64,000 bases of DNA from Shigella phage ESh21: sequence record ON528731; one strand, given 5' to 3'. Shown here one piece after another: positions 34,790 through 47,161 of the stretch. Below the pieces are notes generated by a model that did no database searches, was not told the origin of the DNA, and worked only from the letters and a program-made list of their open reading frames with translations. The position numbers and the translations under genes are program-made. The stretch's first letter is position 1; every line of letters starts with the position of its first letter.

Positions 34790-35363
34790 AAAGGGGATTG
34801 TTAGAACTTTGGTAGATGTTATTGGTCACCGTTTAGCAAGAGATAAGAATAACAGACCAAACGTTATTAGGGCTTACCCTTCTGACAATTCTAATGACAA
34901 AGGTTTAAAACCTGACCAGCCATTTATTACGGTTTATTGTCAAGATGCTACCACTCCTTATGGATGGGTTCTTGATAAGTTTGTGGAAGACGATGTAGTT
35001 TGTTACAGAATTGCTTTTCAGATTCCAGTATTAATTACCGTGAATGGTAAAGGTGCTCACAGTATTATGCTGGAGCTAAAACAAAGATTAGAGATGAGTA
35101 CGACAAGAGATTTATTAGCTCAAGAGACAGGTGCTTCAGTACTTGACACAGGGGCTATCCCAAATGACTACACTTATCTCAACACAGACTTTGAAAATTC
35201 TGCACCTCTTGTTGTAACCCTTGTAAAAAATTCAGTATTAAAAGATGAACATGGAAGTATTATTGAACATGTCATTGTGGATGGTGAATTAGTTTACGAG
35301 GAAGGACAGGAGCCACCAGAATATACTATCCATCTAGATGTAGACTCCAAAGGGGTAAAATAA
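34764..35363 (+). CDS. Hypothetical protein
   Basis: ORF in track. Confidence 0.45.
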   Translation: MQLETAELEKGIVRTLVDVIGHRLARDKNNRPNVIRAYPSDNSNDKGLKPDQPFITVYCQDATTPYGWVLDKFVEDDVVCYRIAFQIPVLITVNGKGAHSIMLELKQRLEMSTTRDLLAQETGASVLDTGAIPNDYTYLNTDFENSAPLVVTLVKNSVLKDEHGSIIEHVIVDGELVYEEGQEPPEYTIHLDVDSKGVK

Positions 35364-36716
35364 ATGTGGAATCCAATTGTTAATGTAGATATTACATTGA
35401 ACACAGCAGGGACTACAAGAGAAGGTTTTGGTTTACCATTATTCCTTGCTTCAACAGATAACTTTGAAGAAAGAATCCGTGGTTATACTTCATTAACAGA
35501 AGTGGCTGAAGACTTTGATGAAAGTACTGCTGCATATAAAGCTGCAAAACAGCTATGGAGCCAAACTCCAAAAGTAACTCAACTGTATATTGGTAGAAGA
35601 ACTATGCAATATACAGTTTCTATTCCTGATACAGTTGCTGAAGGAAGTGAATATTCATTAACAGTTGCTATTGGTGGTGGTGTTTCTCAGCCATTCCAAT
35701 ACACTGCAAAAGAAAGTGACACAGCACTTATTGTCTTGAGTGAGTTTAAATCACAGATTGAAGCAAGCCCAACAATTAAAAATAGTGTGAATGTTAGTGT
35801 AACAGGTACTGGTGCTTCTGCGACGATGATTATTACTAAAGCTGGTGATAATGATTTCGTAAAAGTAACATCTATCACGGCTACAACATCTATTGCAGCT
35901 ACAACTGCTGACACAGCTTCCGCTGCTCTGGCGTCCATCGAAACTTATTCAACAGATTGGTACTTCATCTCAGCAGAAGACAGAACTCAACAGTTTGTCT
36001 TGGCAATGGCTTCAGAGATTCAGGCTCGTAAGAAGATTTTCTTCACAGCTAATGCTGACGTTAAAGCTTTGCAAGGAACTGAATTAACCTCTGCAACCGA
36101 TGTTCCGGCACAGTTAGCTAAAAATAGGTACACTCGTACAGTTTGCTTGTGGCATCACACATCTGAGTATGACTACCCAGAAATGGCTTACATCGCATAT
36201 GGAGCACCATATGATGCAGGTTCAATTGCTTGGGGTAATGCTCAATTAACTGGTGTTGCAGCATCTCTACAACCTGCTAACCGTAGACCACTGACAAGTA
36301 TTCAGAAGTCAGCTTTGGATACTCGTAACTGTAACTTCATTGACCTTGATGGTGGAGTTCCTGTAGTGCGTAGGGGTATCACTTCTGGTGGTGAATGGAT
36401 TGATATTGTACGTGGTGTTGATTGGCTTGAATCTGATTTGAAAACATCTCTAAGAGACTTGCTAATTAACCAGAAGGGTGGTAAGATTACTTATGATGAT
36501 ACTGGTATTACCCGTATTCGTCAAGTCATTGAAACCTCTCTACAAAGAGCAGTTAACAGAAACTTCCTGTCATCTTACACAGTTAATGTTCCTAAAGCCT
36601 CTCAAGTTGCTTTGGCAGATAAGAAAGCTCGTATCCTGAAAGATGTTACCTTCGCAGGTATCTTAGCAGGGGCTATCTTGGATGTTGACTTGAAAGGTAC
36701 AGTGGCTTACGAATAA
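35364..36716 (+). CDS. Tail sheath protein (putative)
   Basis: 450-aa ORF immediately upstream of tube, chaperone pair and tape measure. Confidence 0.55.
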   Translation: MWNPIVNVDITLNTAGTTREGFGLPLFLASTDNFEERIRGYTSLTEVAEDFDESTAAYKAAKQLWSQTPKVTQLYIGRRTMQYTVSIPDTVAEGSEYSLTVAIGGGVSQPFQYTAKESDTALIVLSEFKSQIEASPTIKNSVNVSVTGTGASATMIITKAGDNDFVKVTSITATTSIAATTADTASAALASIETYSTDWYFISAEDRTQQFVLAMASEIQARKKIFFTANADVKALQGTELTSATDVPAQLAKNRYTRTVCLWHHTSEYDYPEMAYIAYGAPYDAGSIAWGNAQLTGVAASLQPANRRPLTSIQKSALDTRNCNFIDLDGGVPVVRRGITSGGEWIDIVRGVDWLESDLKTSLRDLLINQKGGKITYDDTGITRIRQVIETSLQRAVNRNFLSSYTVNVPKASQVALADKKARILKDVTFAGILAGAILDVDLKGTVAYE

Positions 36717-36731
36717 TAGAGGTAAATTGGA

Positions 36732-37178
36732 ATGGCTATGTATCAGCAATATTCCCCTAAAGACGTTGTATGTAGCTGGAACGGCATTGCTATCGAAGGC
36801 TTTGCCCCAGACTCATTCTTGCGTCTACAGAGAACATCACCACTTGTTACACCAGTTGTAGGTGCAGGTGGTCAAGTAGCTCTGACAAGAAATGCAGATA
36901 AGACAGGTACTATTGAGATTGAGCTAATGCAGACTTCTCTCTCTAACCAGATGCTTTCTGCAATTCAAGCTAAACAAGATGACATGGAACTTGAAGAAGA
37001 TATCTCATCTAACTTTGTAATTTATGACCCATCTGGTTCAGTTCTGGCAACAGGTATCAATGCTTGGTTGCAAGAGCTTCCACAGATTGAATTAGGTCGT
37101 GACCAGAACTCGAAAACTTGGATTTTCGGTTGTGAGAAGTTAGATTACACTTCAACAATCCCTGCATCAAGCGTTTAA
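36732..37178 (+). CDS. Tail tube protein (putative)
   Basis: 148-aa ORF between sheath and chaperones. Confidence 0.5.
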   Translation: MAMYQQYSPKDVVCSWNGIAIEGFAPDSFLRLQRTSPLVTPVVGAGGQVALTRNADKTGTIEIELMQTSLSNQMLSAIQAKQDDMELEEDISSNFVIYDPSGSVLATGINAWLQELPQIELGRDQNSKTWIFGCEKLDYTSTIPASSV

Positions 37179-37254
37179 CAAATCCTAATAAGGGGGAGAC
37201 TGTAAAAGGTCTTCCCCTTTTGTGTTTTTATAGCATAACTTTTAAGGAATCACA

Positions 37255-37662
37255 ATGAAGACTGAAACAAAACATATTAATGGTAAGAAGGTGACGATTA
37301 TCCTTCTTGGTGCAAGAGATGGTATCAAAATTTCTATGAAGCTTGGTAAGGTCGTTGTACCCACCTTTGCTCAGATGATTACCAGTCTTGCTGGTAAAGA
37401 TGAGAATCCAGAAGCTCCTAAAGTTCCTTTCAAAGAACTGGTAGAAGCTTGCTTTGACAGAATTGATGAGTTAGATATTGACTCAATGGCAGAATTACTA
37501 TTTCAGGGGGCAACTGTTGATGACTTCCCACTGAAAATTGATAGTTACTTCCAAGCAAACTACGGTGAATTTATTGACTTCTTAGCCTTTGCTTTGGAGG
37601 CAAACTTCGGAAGTTTTTTCGAGGCAAGCATTTTCAAAAGCCTAACTTCTCAGGAAGCTTAA
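37255..37662 (+). CDS. Tail assembly chaperone (short form)
   Basis: Immediately upstream of tape measure; contains slippery heptamer near its 3' end. Confidence 0.55.
   Translation: MKTETKHINGKKVTIILLGARDGIKISMKLGKVVVPTFAQMITSLAGKDENPEAPKVPFKELVEACFDRIDELDIDSMAELLFQGATVDDFPLKIDSYFQANYGEFIDFLAFALEANFGSFFEASIFKSLTSQEA
37614..37620 (+). other. Candidate -1 programmed ribosomal frameshift site T_TTT_TTC
   Basis: X_XXY_YYZ heptamer in frame of 37255..37662; the -1 frame is open through 37898. Confidence 0.5.
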
Positions 37663-37670
37663 AGTATGTT

Positions 37671-37898
37671 ATGCAGACCCCGCTGACTGACGGGGCTGTA
37701 GAATCAACTTATGAAGAAGCAGATGAGATGAAATTTGTGCTTGCCATTTATGGAATGGAAGGGTGTAAAGAAACACTCGACCAACTTTTCTCAATGACTT
37801 TCGTTGACCTATTATCTCTTCGTCAATATCTGGAAATCCAGAAGTCATACAAAGAAGAAATGGCCTATAACGAACTCAGAAAGGCAGGTAAAATTTAA
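37671..37898 (+). CDS. Tail assembly chaperone extension (likely expressed as frameshift fusion)
   Basis: ORF in -1 frame relative to 37255..37662, ending at the tape measure start. Confidence 0.45.
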   Translation: MQTPLTDGAVESTYEEADEMKFVLAIYGMEGCKETLDQLFSMTFVDLLSLRQYLEIQKSYKEEMAYNELRKAGKI

Positions 37899-40132
37899 TG
37901 GCACAGTATACAGTTGATAGTTTTATTGTGGAACTTGGATTCAGTGAAAAGGTTGTAAAAGGTTTACAGAGAGTTGAAAAGATGGCTATGCAATCTGCTC
38001 AACGCATCGAAAGAAACATTAACAAAGCCTTTGACGTGAAGCCTAATAAAAGTTCTCAAGAAGCTCTAAACAGACTTGTTAAAAACGCTCAGACTGCTTC
38101 GGGCAGAATCAATAAATCCCTAAACAACGCTCTCAATTTAGATTCCCAAGGTGTTAAATCTCTACGTAAATTAGAGACACAAGGGAAGAAGACAGCTAAA
38201 GAAATTAATAAGGCTCTCAGACAAGCTATGAACGTTGACGGTAAAGTTAATATTCGTGGTGGTGCTGGTAGAGGTCGTGGAAATACCGTTCCCCCAGTGG
38301 GTGGAGGTTCACCAAGAGTTAGGCCTGATATTGCTCAGAGACAAATGGAAAGGATGTTTAATAACAACTTCTACTCTGGCCTTACTCGTCGTCTTGAAAC
38401 TATTGGTGGACAGGGTAACCAAATGGCTGCTTCTTTCAGAGGCAACTTGCAAGGAATCTATAACAAGTATAAAGGGAGTGGTAAGGTTGGTGAATATGAG
38501 ATGGAAGTTAAAAAACTCATTGACACAACCAAACGTTGGGTTATTGCAGAAAATGCTAGAATCAAGGCAGTCAAAGAATCAGCTTGGCTACAGGATAGAG
38601 CAAACTCTTCACTAAGACAGTTAATTGGTGGTTTTGTTTCCGCCTATGCTTTGTTAGAATTAGCTCAGAAGACAATTGATGCAGGTGTTAAAAGACAGTC
38701 TGCACAGTTAGCCTCAACAGCTATCTTTGGAGCAGATACACAACAAGCTAGAATGTTCGCTGCTACGTTCGCTCACCAGATTGGTCAGAACTACACAGAC
38801 ACTATGAAGCAGTACTCAAACTTCGCTGCTGGTGCTCAACCTGCACTTGGTTTTGAAGGTACTCAGGAGTTCTATAAGAATGCTGCAATGTTCTCTCGTA
38901 TTAGAGGGGCATCTGATGAAGACTTGAAAGGTATCATGGTTGCTTTCCAGCAAATGGCATCTAAGGGTAAAGTTCAGGCTGAAGAACTCCGTGGTCAGTT
39001 AGGTGACCGTTTGGCAGGTGCTGTTCAGTTGTTCTCTGATGCTATCGGTAAGACTCCACAAGAACTTGATAAGTTGATGCAGGATGGTAAGCTACTTGCT
39101 AAAGACGTTCTTCCAAAAGTCTCTGAGAAGATGAGAGAATTGGTTGACGCAGCAGGTGGTATGAATGCTGTATCTAAGCAGACTGCTACATCAATGGGTC
39201 AAGCAAAAGCTATGTGGGATAACACCTTAGTGGCTCTCTTCAACAACTCTAGTGATGGTATCTCACAGTTGTCTAACTCCGTTGCAATGTTCTTGCAAGG
39301 TTCCCTTGGGACTACTGAAGCTCTTGGTACTGGTATTGACTACCTGTTAAAAGGTGCTAGTAACCTTCTGGACTTCATCACAGATATCATGTATCGAATC
39401 TCTGGACTGTACTACCTAGCAATGGGATATTACAGTGATTTAGGTGCAAGTCAACAGAAACTTATCAAGGACTCTGCTGAGTTAGTTGCAACGTTTACTG
39501 CTATCGGTGTTGCAATTGCAACTATCACGAAAGTTGCTAAAATCTTCGGTGGTACTGTAGCATTTGTCAAGAGTATTTTTGAAGAAGGTATTTTGGCTAA
39601 GATTGCTCAAAAGCTTGGTCTGACAACAGCAGCAGAGACAGTAGCTACAACGGCTGGTGTAACAGGAACTAGAATGGCTCTTGGTGTAGGTGGTTCTGCA
39701 CTTATGCTTTCAAGTTCGGCTGACCCAAATGCTGGGAAGAGATTTAGTGATGTTAATACACCAAACCCTTTCAACGAAGCTATTGCTGGGGTTACCAATG
39801 CTAAACGTCCGATGTTCTTTGACCAAAATGGACAGTTGAGGTTCGCACAATATACCACTGACACTTCTGGAAATATTCAGAGAGTGGATAATGGATTGTC
39901 AAATTGGGATATCATCATGAACAACCTGTCTGAGTCTTTAAACAACTTTGCAACTAAGTTTAACCAGACACCAATGATGATGAGTCCATCTGGATTCCCA
40001 TTACAAACTAAGCAGACGCTTAATGTTTCCTTTAATCTGGATGGTAAGCAGATTGCTAATAAAATGGTGGATATCACTAATAAGAGTCAGGAAGATATTC
40101 TGTTAAGTTCTAGCTACCCAGAGGATGAATAA
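37898..40132 (+). CDS. Tail tape measure protein
   Basis: 744-aa protein after chaperone pair; long Ala/Gly-rich segments. Confidence 0.75.
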   Translation: MAQYTVDSFIVELGFSEKVVKGLQRVEKMAMQSAQRIERNINKAFDVKPNKSSQEALNRLVKNAQTASGRINKSLNNALNLDSQGVKSLRKLETQGKKTAKEINKALRQAMNVDGKVNIRGGAGRGRGNTVPPVGGGSPRVRPDIAQRQMERMFNNNFYSGLTRRLETIGGQGNQMAASFRGNLQGIYNKYKGSGKVGEYEMEVKKLIDTTKRWVIAENARIKAVKESAWLQDRANSSLRQLIGGFVSAYALLELAQKTIDAGVKRQSAQLASTAIFGADTQQARMFAATFAHQIGQNYTDTMKQYSNFAAGAQPALGFEGTQEFYKNAAMFSRIRGASDEDLKGIMVAFQQMASKGKVQAEELRGQLGDRLAGAVQLFSDAIGKTPQELDKLMQDGKLLAKDVLPKVSEKMRELVDAAGGMNAVSKQTATSMGQAKAMWDNTLVALFNNSSDGISQLSNSVAMFLQGSLGTTEALGTGIDYLLKGASNLLDFITDIMYRISGLYYLAMGYYSDLGASQQKLIKDSAELVATFTAIGVAIATITKVAKIFGGTVAFVKSIFEEGILAKIAQKLGLTTAAETVATTAGVTGTRMALGVGGSALMLSSSADPNAGKRFSDVNTPNPFNEAIAGVTNAKRPMFFDQNGQLRFAQYTTDTSGNIQRVDNGLSNWDIIMNNLSESLNNFATKFNQTPMMMSPSGFPLQTKQTLNVSFNLDGKQIANKMVDITNKSQEDILLSSSYPEDE

Positions 40133-40937
40133 TGTTATGGGATAACAACATGCAAATCAAGTATTCTGGAAAGGATGGTATTTATTTCCATCTGAGGGAT
40201 AATGTAGATGCTTTCCTTACACTATCTGCAACAGAAAACATGGAGTATGACTCACCTATGTTGGTGACAACTCAATCGGTTCAAAGTGGTCAAACAGTCA
40301 CAGATAACGTACAGCGTTCTCCAAAGACTATTTCCATTAGTGGTGTTGTTGTAGTGGGCTACGAAGGTAGCCTTCTATTAACTCGTCAAGGTCAACTTGT
40401 AGAGAACTTCATTAGTACAGTTGAAACGTGGAGAGACCAGAAACAGATTATTTCAATTGTCTGTAAAGATGGTATCAAGATTGATGATTCTATTATTACA
40501 CAGTTTAAAGCTTCGAAGGAACATACAATTGCTAATGGTCTTCGTATTCAGATGACCTTTCAAGAAATTAACTTTAAAGCTGTAGTTGGGACAACTGATG
40601 TTTCTGCTGCAACTGGTAAAACAGCGACGACAAAAGATGATGGAGTTACTTCTAAGAAGAATACAGGTAACACTACAACATCTATTGGAAATGGTAAACT
40701 GAACTGTCAACTATTATATGACTTGCGAGCTAACGGAGTAAGACCACTTTCTAGTGCAGAACAGAAAGCTTTAGGTAATTGTGGTCTTTCTGCAAACACT
40801 AGTAAAGGTGTTACATCATTTAGTGATAAAGCTAACGCTGATGCTGCAAGTGCAATTAGGCAGTCTCAACTTACTGCTGGTGAAGGTAATGCACTTAAGA
40901 CTCATTCTGTAAACCCTAACAAAAAAGGAACTTACTA

Positions 40938-40938
<1 letters not shown>
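40132..40938 (+). CDS. Tail/baseplate protein (hypothetical)
   Basis: Position after tape measure. Confidence 0.45.
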
Positions 40939-42893
<1,955 letters not shown>

Positions 42894-42894
<1 letters not shown>

Positions 42895-43310
42895 TGAAGA
42901 CAGATTTTGCAATTAATCTTGGTGGAGACTACGTAGCGAAAATGGGTAATGACTCTGTATACGTAGCCCACGGAGATTTAAAAATTACGGGTAATCAAAT
43001 TAGAATTATCCCAGAAGATGATAAAGCTACACAGGTAGCACAGAGATTACATATTAGGTGTCTTCTAAGGGCTGGAGAAGTATTCTTTAATACCTCTGCT
43101 GGGTTCCCTTATTTGCAGCTTGCTAAGTTTAAACAGAAGACCTCTATTTTTGATAATTATATGAAAGGTTACCTTGTTGAAACGAGAGATGTAACAAACA
43201 TCTACAACTACTCTTCAACAATGGACAATGCAATGAGAAAAGTGTCAGTCAGATTTAATGCAACGACAACTGCTGACAATGTTGAAATTAATACAGAGGT
43301 AAACATTTAA
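42894..43310 (+). CDS. Baseplate wedge protein (gpW/gp25-like, putative)
   Basis: 138-aa ORF directly upstream of J-like protein. Confidence 0.4.
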
Positions 43311-44779
43311 TGGCTGGATTAACAACTACAGGTTTACAAACAAAAAGATATCAAGAAATCTTGGATGATGTTAAAGCAAGTCTGTATAGAGATATCTCAC
43401 CAAACCTTGATGTTTCTGAAGATAGCGAACTTGGGTTATTCTTAGCTTCTGTTTGCCGAGGTCTTGCAGACGTTCATGAAATCTTGTCAGAAATCTATGA
43501 TGGTGGTACTATTGACAAAGCTGAAGGATTCAGTTTAGATGATGTAACAGCTTTGAATGCTGTATACAGATATGTGGCACAGGCTACAAGAGGTCAAGCT
43601 GAGTTCACTGGTAATTCTGGTGCTCCTGTACCAGCCACTACAAGATTAAGAAGCACAGCAGGTAACATCTTTTACCCTGTGTCAACTTTCACACTGACTC
43701 CATCTTATTGTGTAGAGGCAAACTTAGAAGTTAACTCTTTACGAACAGATGCAAACTATGTCATTATCATTGACAACATTGAGTATTCATATCATCCGAC
43801 TAGCTCTGACACCATTACAACATTGCTACAGAAACTTGCAGACTCTATCAATGGCGGTATTGTTGCAAAGGCTGAAGTTATTAATGATGGTTCAGTGCTA
43901 AGAATTTATAAAGACACTGGAGATATCATTGCCAGAACTAACCCTATGGTTGTGACTGCAACGACATTCTTAACATTTACAAAGATTACCTCAATCAGTG
44001 ACGTTGTAGCAGATGAAACTGGAGCTATCCAGACTCTGGCAGGAACCTTGATTGAGATTGAAACAACTGTAGATGGTCTTGACAGTGTTTTCAACAGATA
44101 TGACTTGACAACTGGTCGTGATGAGGAAACTGACACAGAACTGAGACAACGTTACTTAGAATCTTTGGCTGTTACTGGTGTGGGTACTCTGGATGCTATT
44201 GTAGCTGCTGTAAAGAGAGTTCAAGGTGTGTCTGACGCTTCTGGTGTAGAGAATGACACTGAGACAACAAACTCTGATGGTCTTCCTCCGAAGTCTTTTA
44301 AGATTGTTGTAGTTGGTGGTCAGAATGATAATATTGCACAGGCAATCTGGGACACGAAACCTGCTGGTATTCGCCCATTTGGTTCAATCTTTGGGACTGC
44401 ATATGACTTAGGTTCTCTCCCTCATGAGGTTTACTTTAGCAGACCAATGCCTAAATATGTTTTTGTCAAGGTTGCTTACTCTCTTTACGATGAAGAAACT
44501 CTTAACATCCCTGAACAGGATATTCACGACAGGATTGTTCAAGGCATTAATGCTTATGGTAGAACATTGAAAGTGGGTAATGATGTAATCCCTAATAGAA
44601 TCTATGGACATATCTATGACGTGATTCAAGGTATTGAAATTAATGAGATTAAGGTTGCACTCTCAAATAACCAAGCAATCCCACCTGCTGAGGGCCAGTA
44701 CACTACTTCAAGAATCACTATTGATGGTGACCAGTACACTGTTTGGGAAAGCTCACAGTATACAATTGCCAAGGAGTAA
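43310..44779 (+). CDS. Baseplate J-like protein (putative)
   Basis: 489-aa ORF in baseplate block. Confidence 0.45.
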   Translation: MAGLTTTGLQTKRYQEILDDVKASLYRDISPNLDVSEDSELGLFLASVCRGLADVHEILSEIYDGGTIDKAEGFSLDDVTALNAVYRYVAQATRGQAEFTGNSGAPVPATTRLRSTAGNIFYPVSTFTLTPSYCVEANLEVNSLRTDANYVIIIDNIEYSYHPTSSDTITTLLQKLADSINGGIVAKAEVINDGSVLRIYKDTGDIIARTNPMVVTATTFLTFTKITSISDVVADETGAIQTLAGTLIEIETTVDGLDSVFNRYDLTTGRDEETDTELRQRYLESLAVTGVGTLDAIVAAVKRVQGVSDASGVENDTETTNSDGLPPKSFKIVVVGGQNDNIAQAIWDTKPAGIRPFGSIFGTAYDLGSLPHEVYFSRPMPKYVFVKVAYSLYDEETLNIPEQDIHDRIVQGINAYGRTLKVGNDVIPNRIYGHIYDVIQGIEINEIKVALSNNQAIPPAEGQYTTSRITIDGDQYTVWESSQYTIAKE

Positions 44780-44781
44780 CA

Positions 44782-45639
44782 ATGTTTAAAAAGATTGAAA
44801 ACTTTTATGAGAAAACATTGGACGAAAGAACTGTAACTCAATTCAAAGACAAGTTTATCTACACAAGCCTATTGAAATCTATCACAGATGAGTTACAATT
44901 ATTAGAGGATATTAGTAATCAGTTATATACTGAAAGGAATATTCGTGTAGGTGTTGGCACACAACTTGATAACATCGGGGCTTTAATTAAAGTCCCTAGA
45001 CCTATTGGTGCTGATGATGACACTTACAGAGCTATCCTCTACATTCAAATTTTCTTAAGACGTTCTGACACTACACCAAGCTTTTTACAAAAAGCTGTCA
45101 TGACTCTTTACGATGCCTCATTCAGCCAGATTTTTGAGCATATTACGCCAAAGACTGGTGGGATTGTTGTCCGTGTAAACACTCGTAATAATGTGTTAGA
45201 TACAGCATACACGCTTTCTAAGATTGCTGCAACAACTATTGGTTCAGCAGTTATTCTTAGAGATGTTACCTTAAATGGTACTGCTTGGACTCCTGTAGAG
45301 GTTGCTGATTCATCTCTGGCAATCACTGATGAGAGCAACAACTGGTTCGTAACCAACACTAACAAGGGTCTAATTACGAACAACACAGGTGGCTCTCTAG
45401 AAGCAAATAAATTAGGTAGTTTTGCAGATGCAGGTGTAAGAGATGGTTATGTCAGAGTTGATAAAACTGGTGGCAGTACCAGTAAAGATTATTTAAAAGT
45501 CAGCAAAACAAACAATAGCAACGACTATTTTATTGCTGGTAAAGAAACAGTAGCAGGTGGTGATTATGGGGTTATGGCAGAAGTCGCCCAAATCGTCAAA
45601 GGCAGAAAAGATAAATCTCAACAAGAAGGAAGTTCATAA
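44782..45639 (+). CDS. Baseplate/tail fibre-associated protein (hypothetical)
   Basis: Start set to ATG 44782 with AAGGAG SD; longer ORF overlaps upstream gene. Confidence 0.45.
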   Translation: MFKKIENFYEKTLDERTVTQFKDKFIYTSLLKSITDELQLLEDISNQLYTERNIRVGVGTQLDNIGALIKVPRPIGADDDTYRAILYIQIFLRRSDTTPSFLQKAVMTLYDASFSQIFEHITPKTGGIVVRVNTRNNVLDTAYTLSKIAATTIGSAVILRDVTLNGTAWTPVEVADSSLAITDESNNWFVTNTNKGLITNNTGGSLEANKLGSFADAGVRDGYVRVDKTGGSTSKDYLKVSKTNNSNDYFIAGKETVAGGDYGVMAEVAQIVKGRKDKSQQEGSS

Positions 45640-45938
45640 TGTCTCTTTCATGGTCTACAGACACAGTGGATGCTGATGGTAACCAGCTTAAAGTTTTACC
45701 ACCTCCAGAAATTCAAGCCACTGGCCTATTAAGGGGTGAGCCTATGGGTCGTCAGTGGTTCAACTATATTATCAACTATTTGCTTAATAAAGTAAATGGT
45801 ACGGTTGGAGAGGTTCGTTCATTTGCTACGGAGCAACCTGATTTAGTTGCCAATGGTTGGGAATTAATTGACACAGTAACAGGAACTGCACACACCAGCA
45901 CTACTAACCTTTACACATATGAATATAAAGGGAGCTAA
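45639..45938 (+). CDS. Hypothetical protein
   Basis: ORF in track. Confidence 0.45.
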   Translation: MSLSWSTDTVDADGNQLKVLPPPEIQATGLLRGEPMGRQWFNYIINYLLNKVNGTVGEVRSFATEQPDLVANGWELIDTVTGTAHTSTTNLYTYEYKGS

Positions 45939-45940
45939 TA

Positions 45941-47116
45941 ATGGCAGTCGGTGAAATTCAAATTAGTGCATTACCTCAAGCCTCATTACCTATTGATTTA
46001 AGTGATATCTTTCACCTTAAGCAAGGTATTGAGGATAGGCGATGCACACTTGAGCAATTACTTGCTCCACACGCATCTTTGAGAAATAACCCACACGGTG
46101 TTACAAAGATTCACGTAGACCTTGGGAATGTTGTTAACGCACTCCAATTAGTGGCTGCTAATAACTTGTCAGATGTGGTCAGTGTTGAAGAGGCTAGACA
46201 GAATCTTAATATTCTATCAAGTGATGAAGTCAATACTCTTATCCAGAACCACATTAATGACAAGAATAATCCTCACAACACCAACAAGATTCAAGTAGGT
46301 TTGTCTAATATCCAAAACTGGACATATTCAAACTCTTATTCTGAAGATGCTGATAAGTATGCTACTGCAAAAGCTGTGAATGCTTTATATAGAGCTATTC
46401 AGGATAGCTATCCAATTGGTACTATTCATTTATCAGTTAACCCTGCGAACCCAACTACATATTTACTTTGTGGTGGTACTTGGGAGTTAGTTTCTAAAGG
46501 AAGGTCTCTTGTTGGCTATGACACAGATACAAGACCTGTAGAATCAGTATTTGGTTCTGCTACTGCAACACTTACACAAAATAACATTCCAAGTCACACA
46601 CACTCTGTGTTGCTAACTGGTGGTGGACACTCTCATAATGCAACAGTAGTAATTTCTAGCTTTGACTATGGGATTAAGAACACATCAAGTTTTGATTATG
46701 ATTCTAAGGCCACAAATGACTCTGGAAGCCACGCTCATAACGTTAATGGTTCTGTAAGCAGTGCTGGTAGTCACAGCCACAGGATTCCATTGAGGGGTTC
46801 TGACAGGGGTGGTGTGAATGCTATCACAGCATCGGCTGATGCAGGTATTGGTAATGCGTCATATACAGACTTTGATGGGGTTCATACACATACATTCAAC
46901 GTTAACTCTTCAGTTGGTGGTAACCACTCTCACAGTGTGTATATTGGAGCACATGGACACAGTGTTGTAATTGGTTCGCATGGACACTCTGGTACTGTGA
47001 CAGTTCAATCTTCTGAACACACTCACTCAGGTACAACTGGTGCATTTGGTGCTGGACAAGCATTTAATATTGAGCAACCTTCTTATGTTGTATATGTTTG
47101 GAAGAGAACTGCGTAA
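45941..47116 (+). CDS. Tail fibre protein with His-x-His repeat C-terminal domain
   Basis: Repeated HTHS/HSHN/HSHR/HGHS motifs; C-terminus ...VWKRTA shared with 47162..49537. Confidence 0.6.
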   Translation: MAVGEIQISALPQASLPIDLSDIFHLKQGIEDRRCTLEQLLAPHASLRNNPHGVTKIHVDLGNVVNALQLVAANNLSDVVSVEEARQNLNILSSDEVNTLIQNHINDKNNPHNTNKIQVGLSNIQNWTYSNSYSEDADKYATAKAVNALYRAIQDSYPIGTIHLSVNPANPTTYLLCGGTWELVSKGRSLVGYDTDTRPVESVFGSATATLTQNNIPSHTHSVLLTGGGHSHNATVVISSFDYGIKNTSSFDYDSKATNDSGSHAHNVNGSVSSAGSHSHRIPLRGSDRGGVNAITASADAGIGNASYTDFDGVHTHTFNVNSSVGGNHSHSVYIGAHGHSVVIGSHGHSGTVTVQSSEHTHSGTTGAFGAGQAFNIEQPSYVVYVWKRTA

Positions 47117-47161
47117 TTATTTTATAAGGGGCTGTGTAGCCCCTAGAAAGAGGATTTATAA

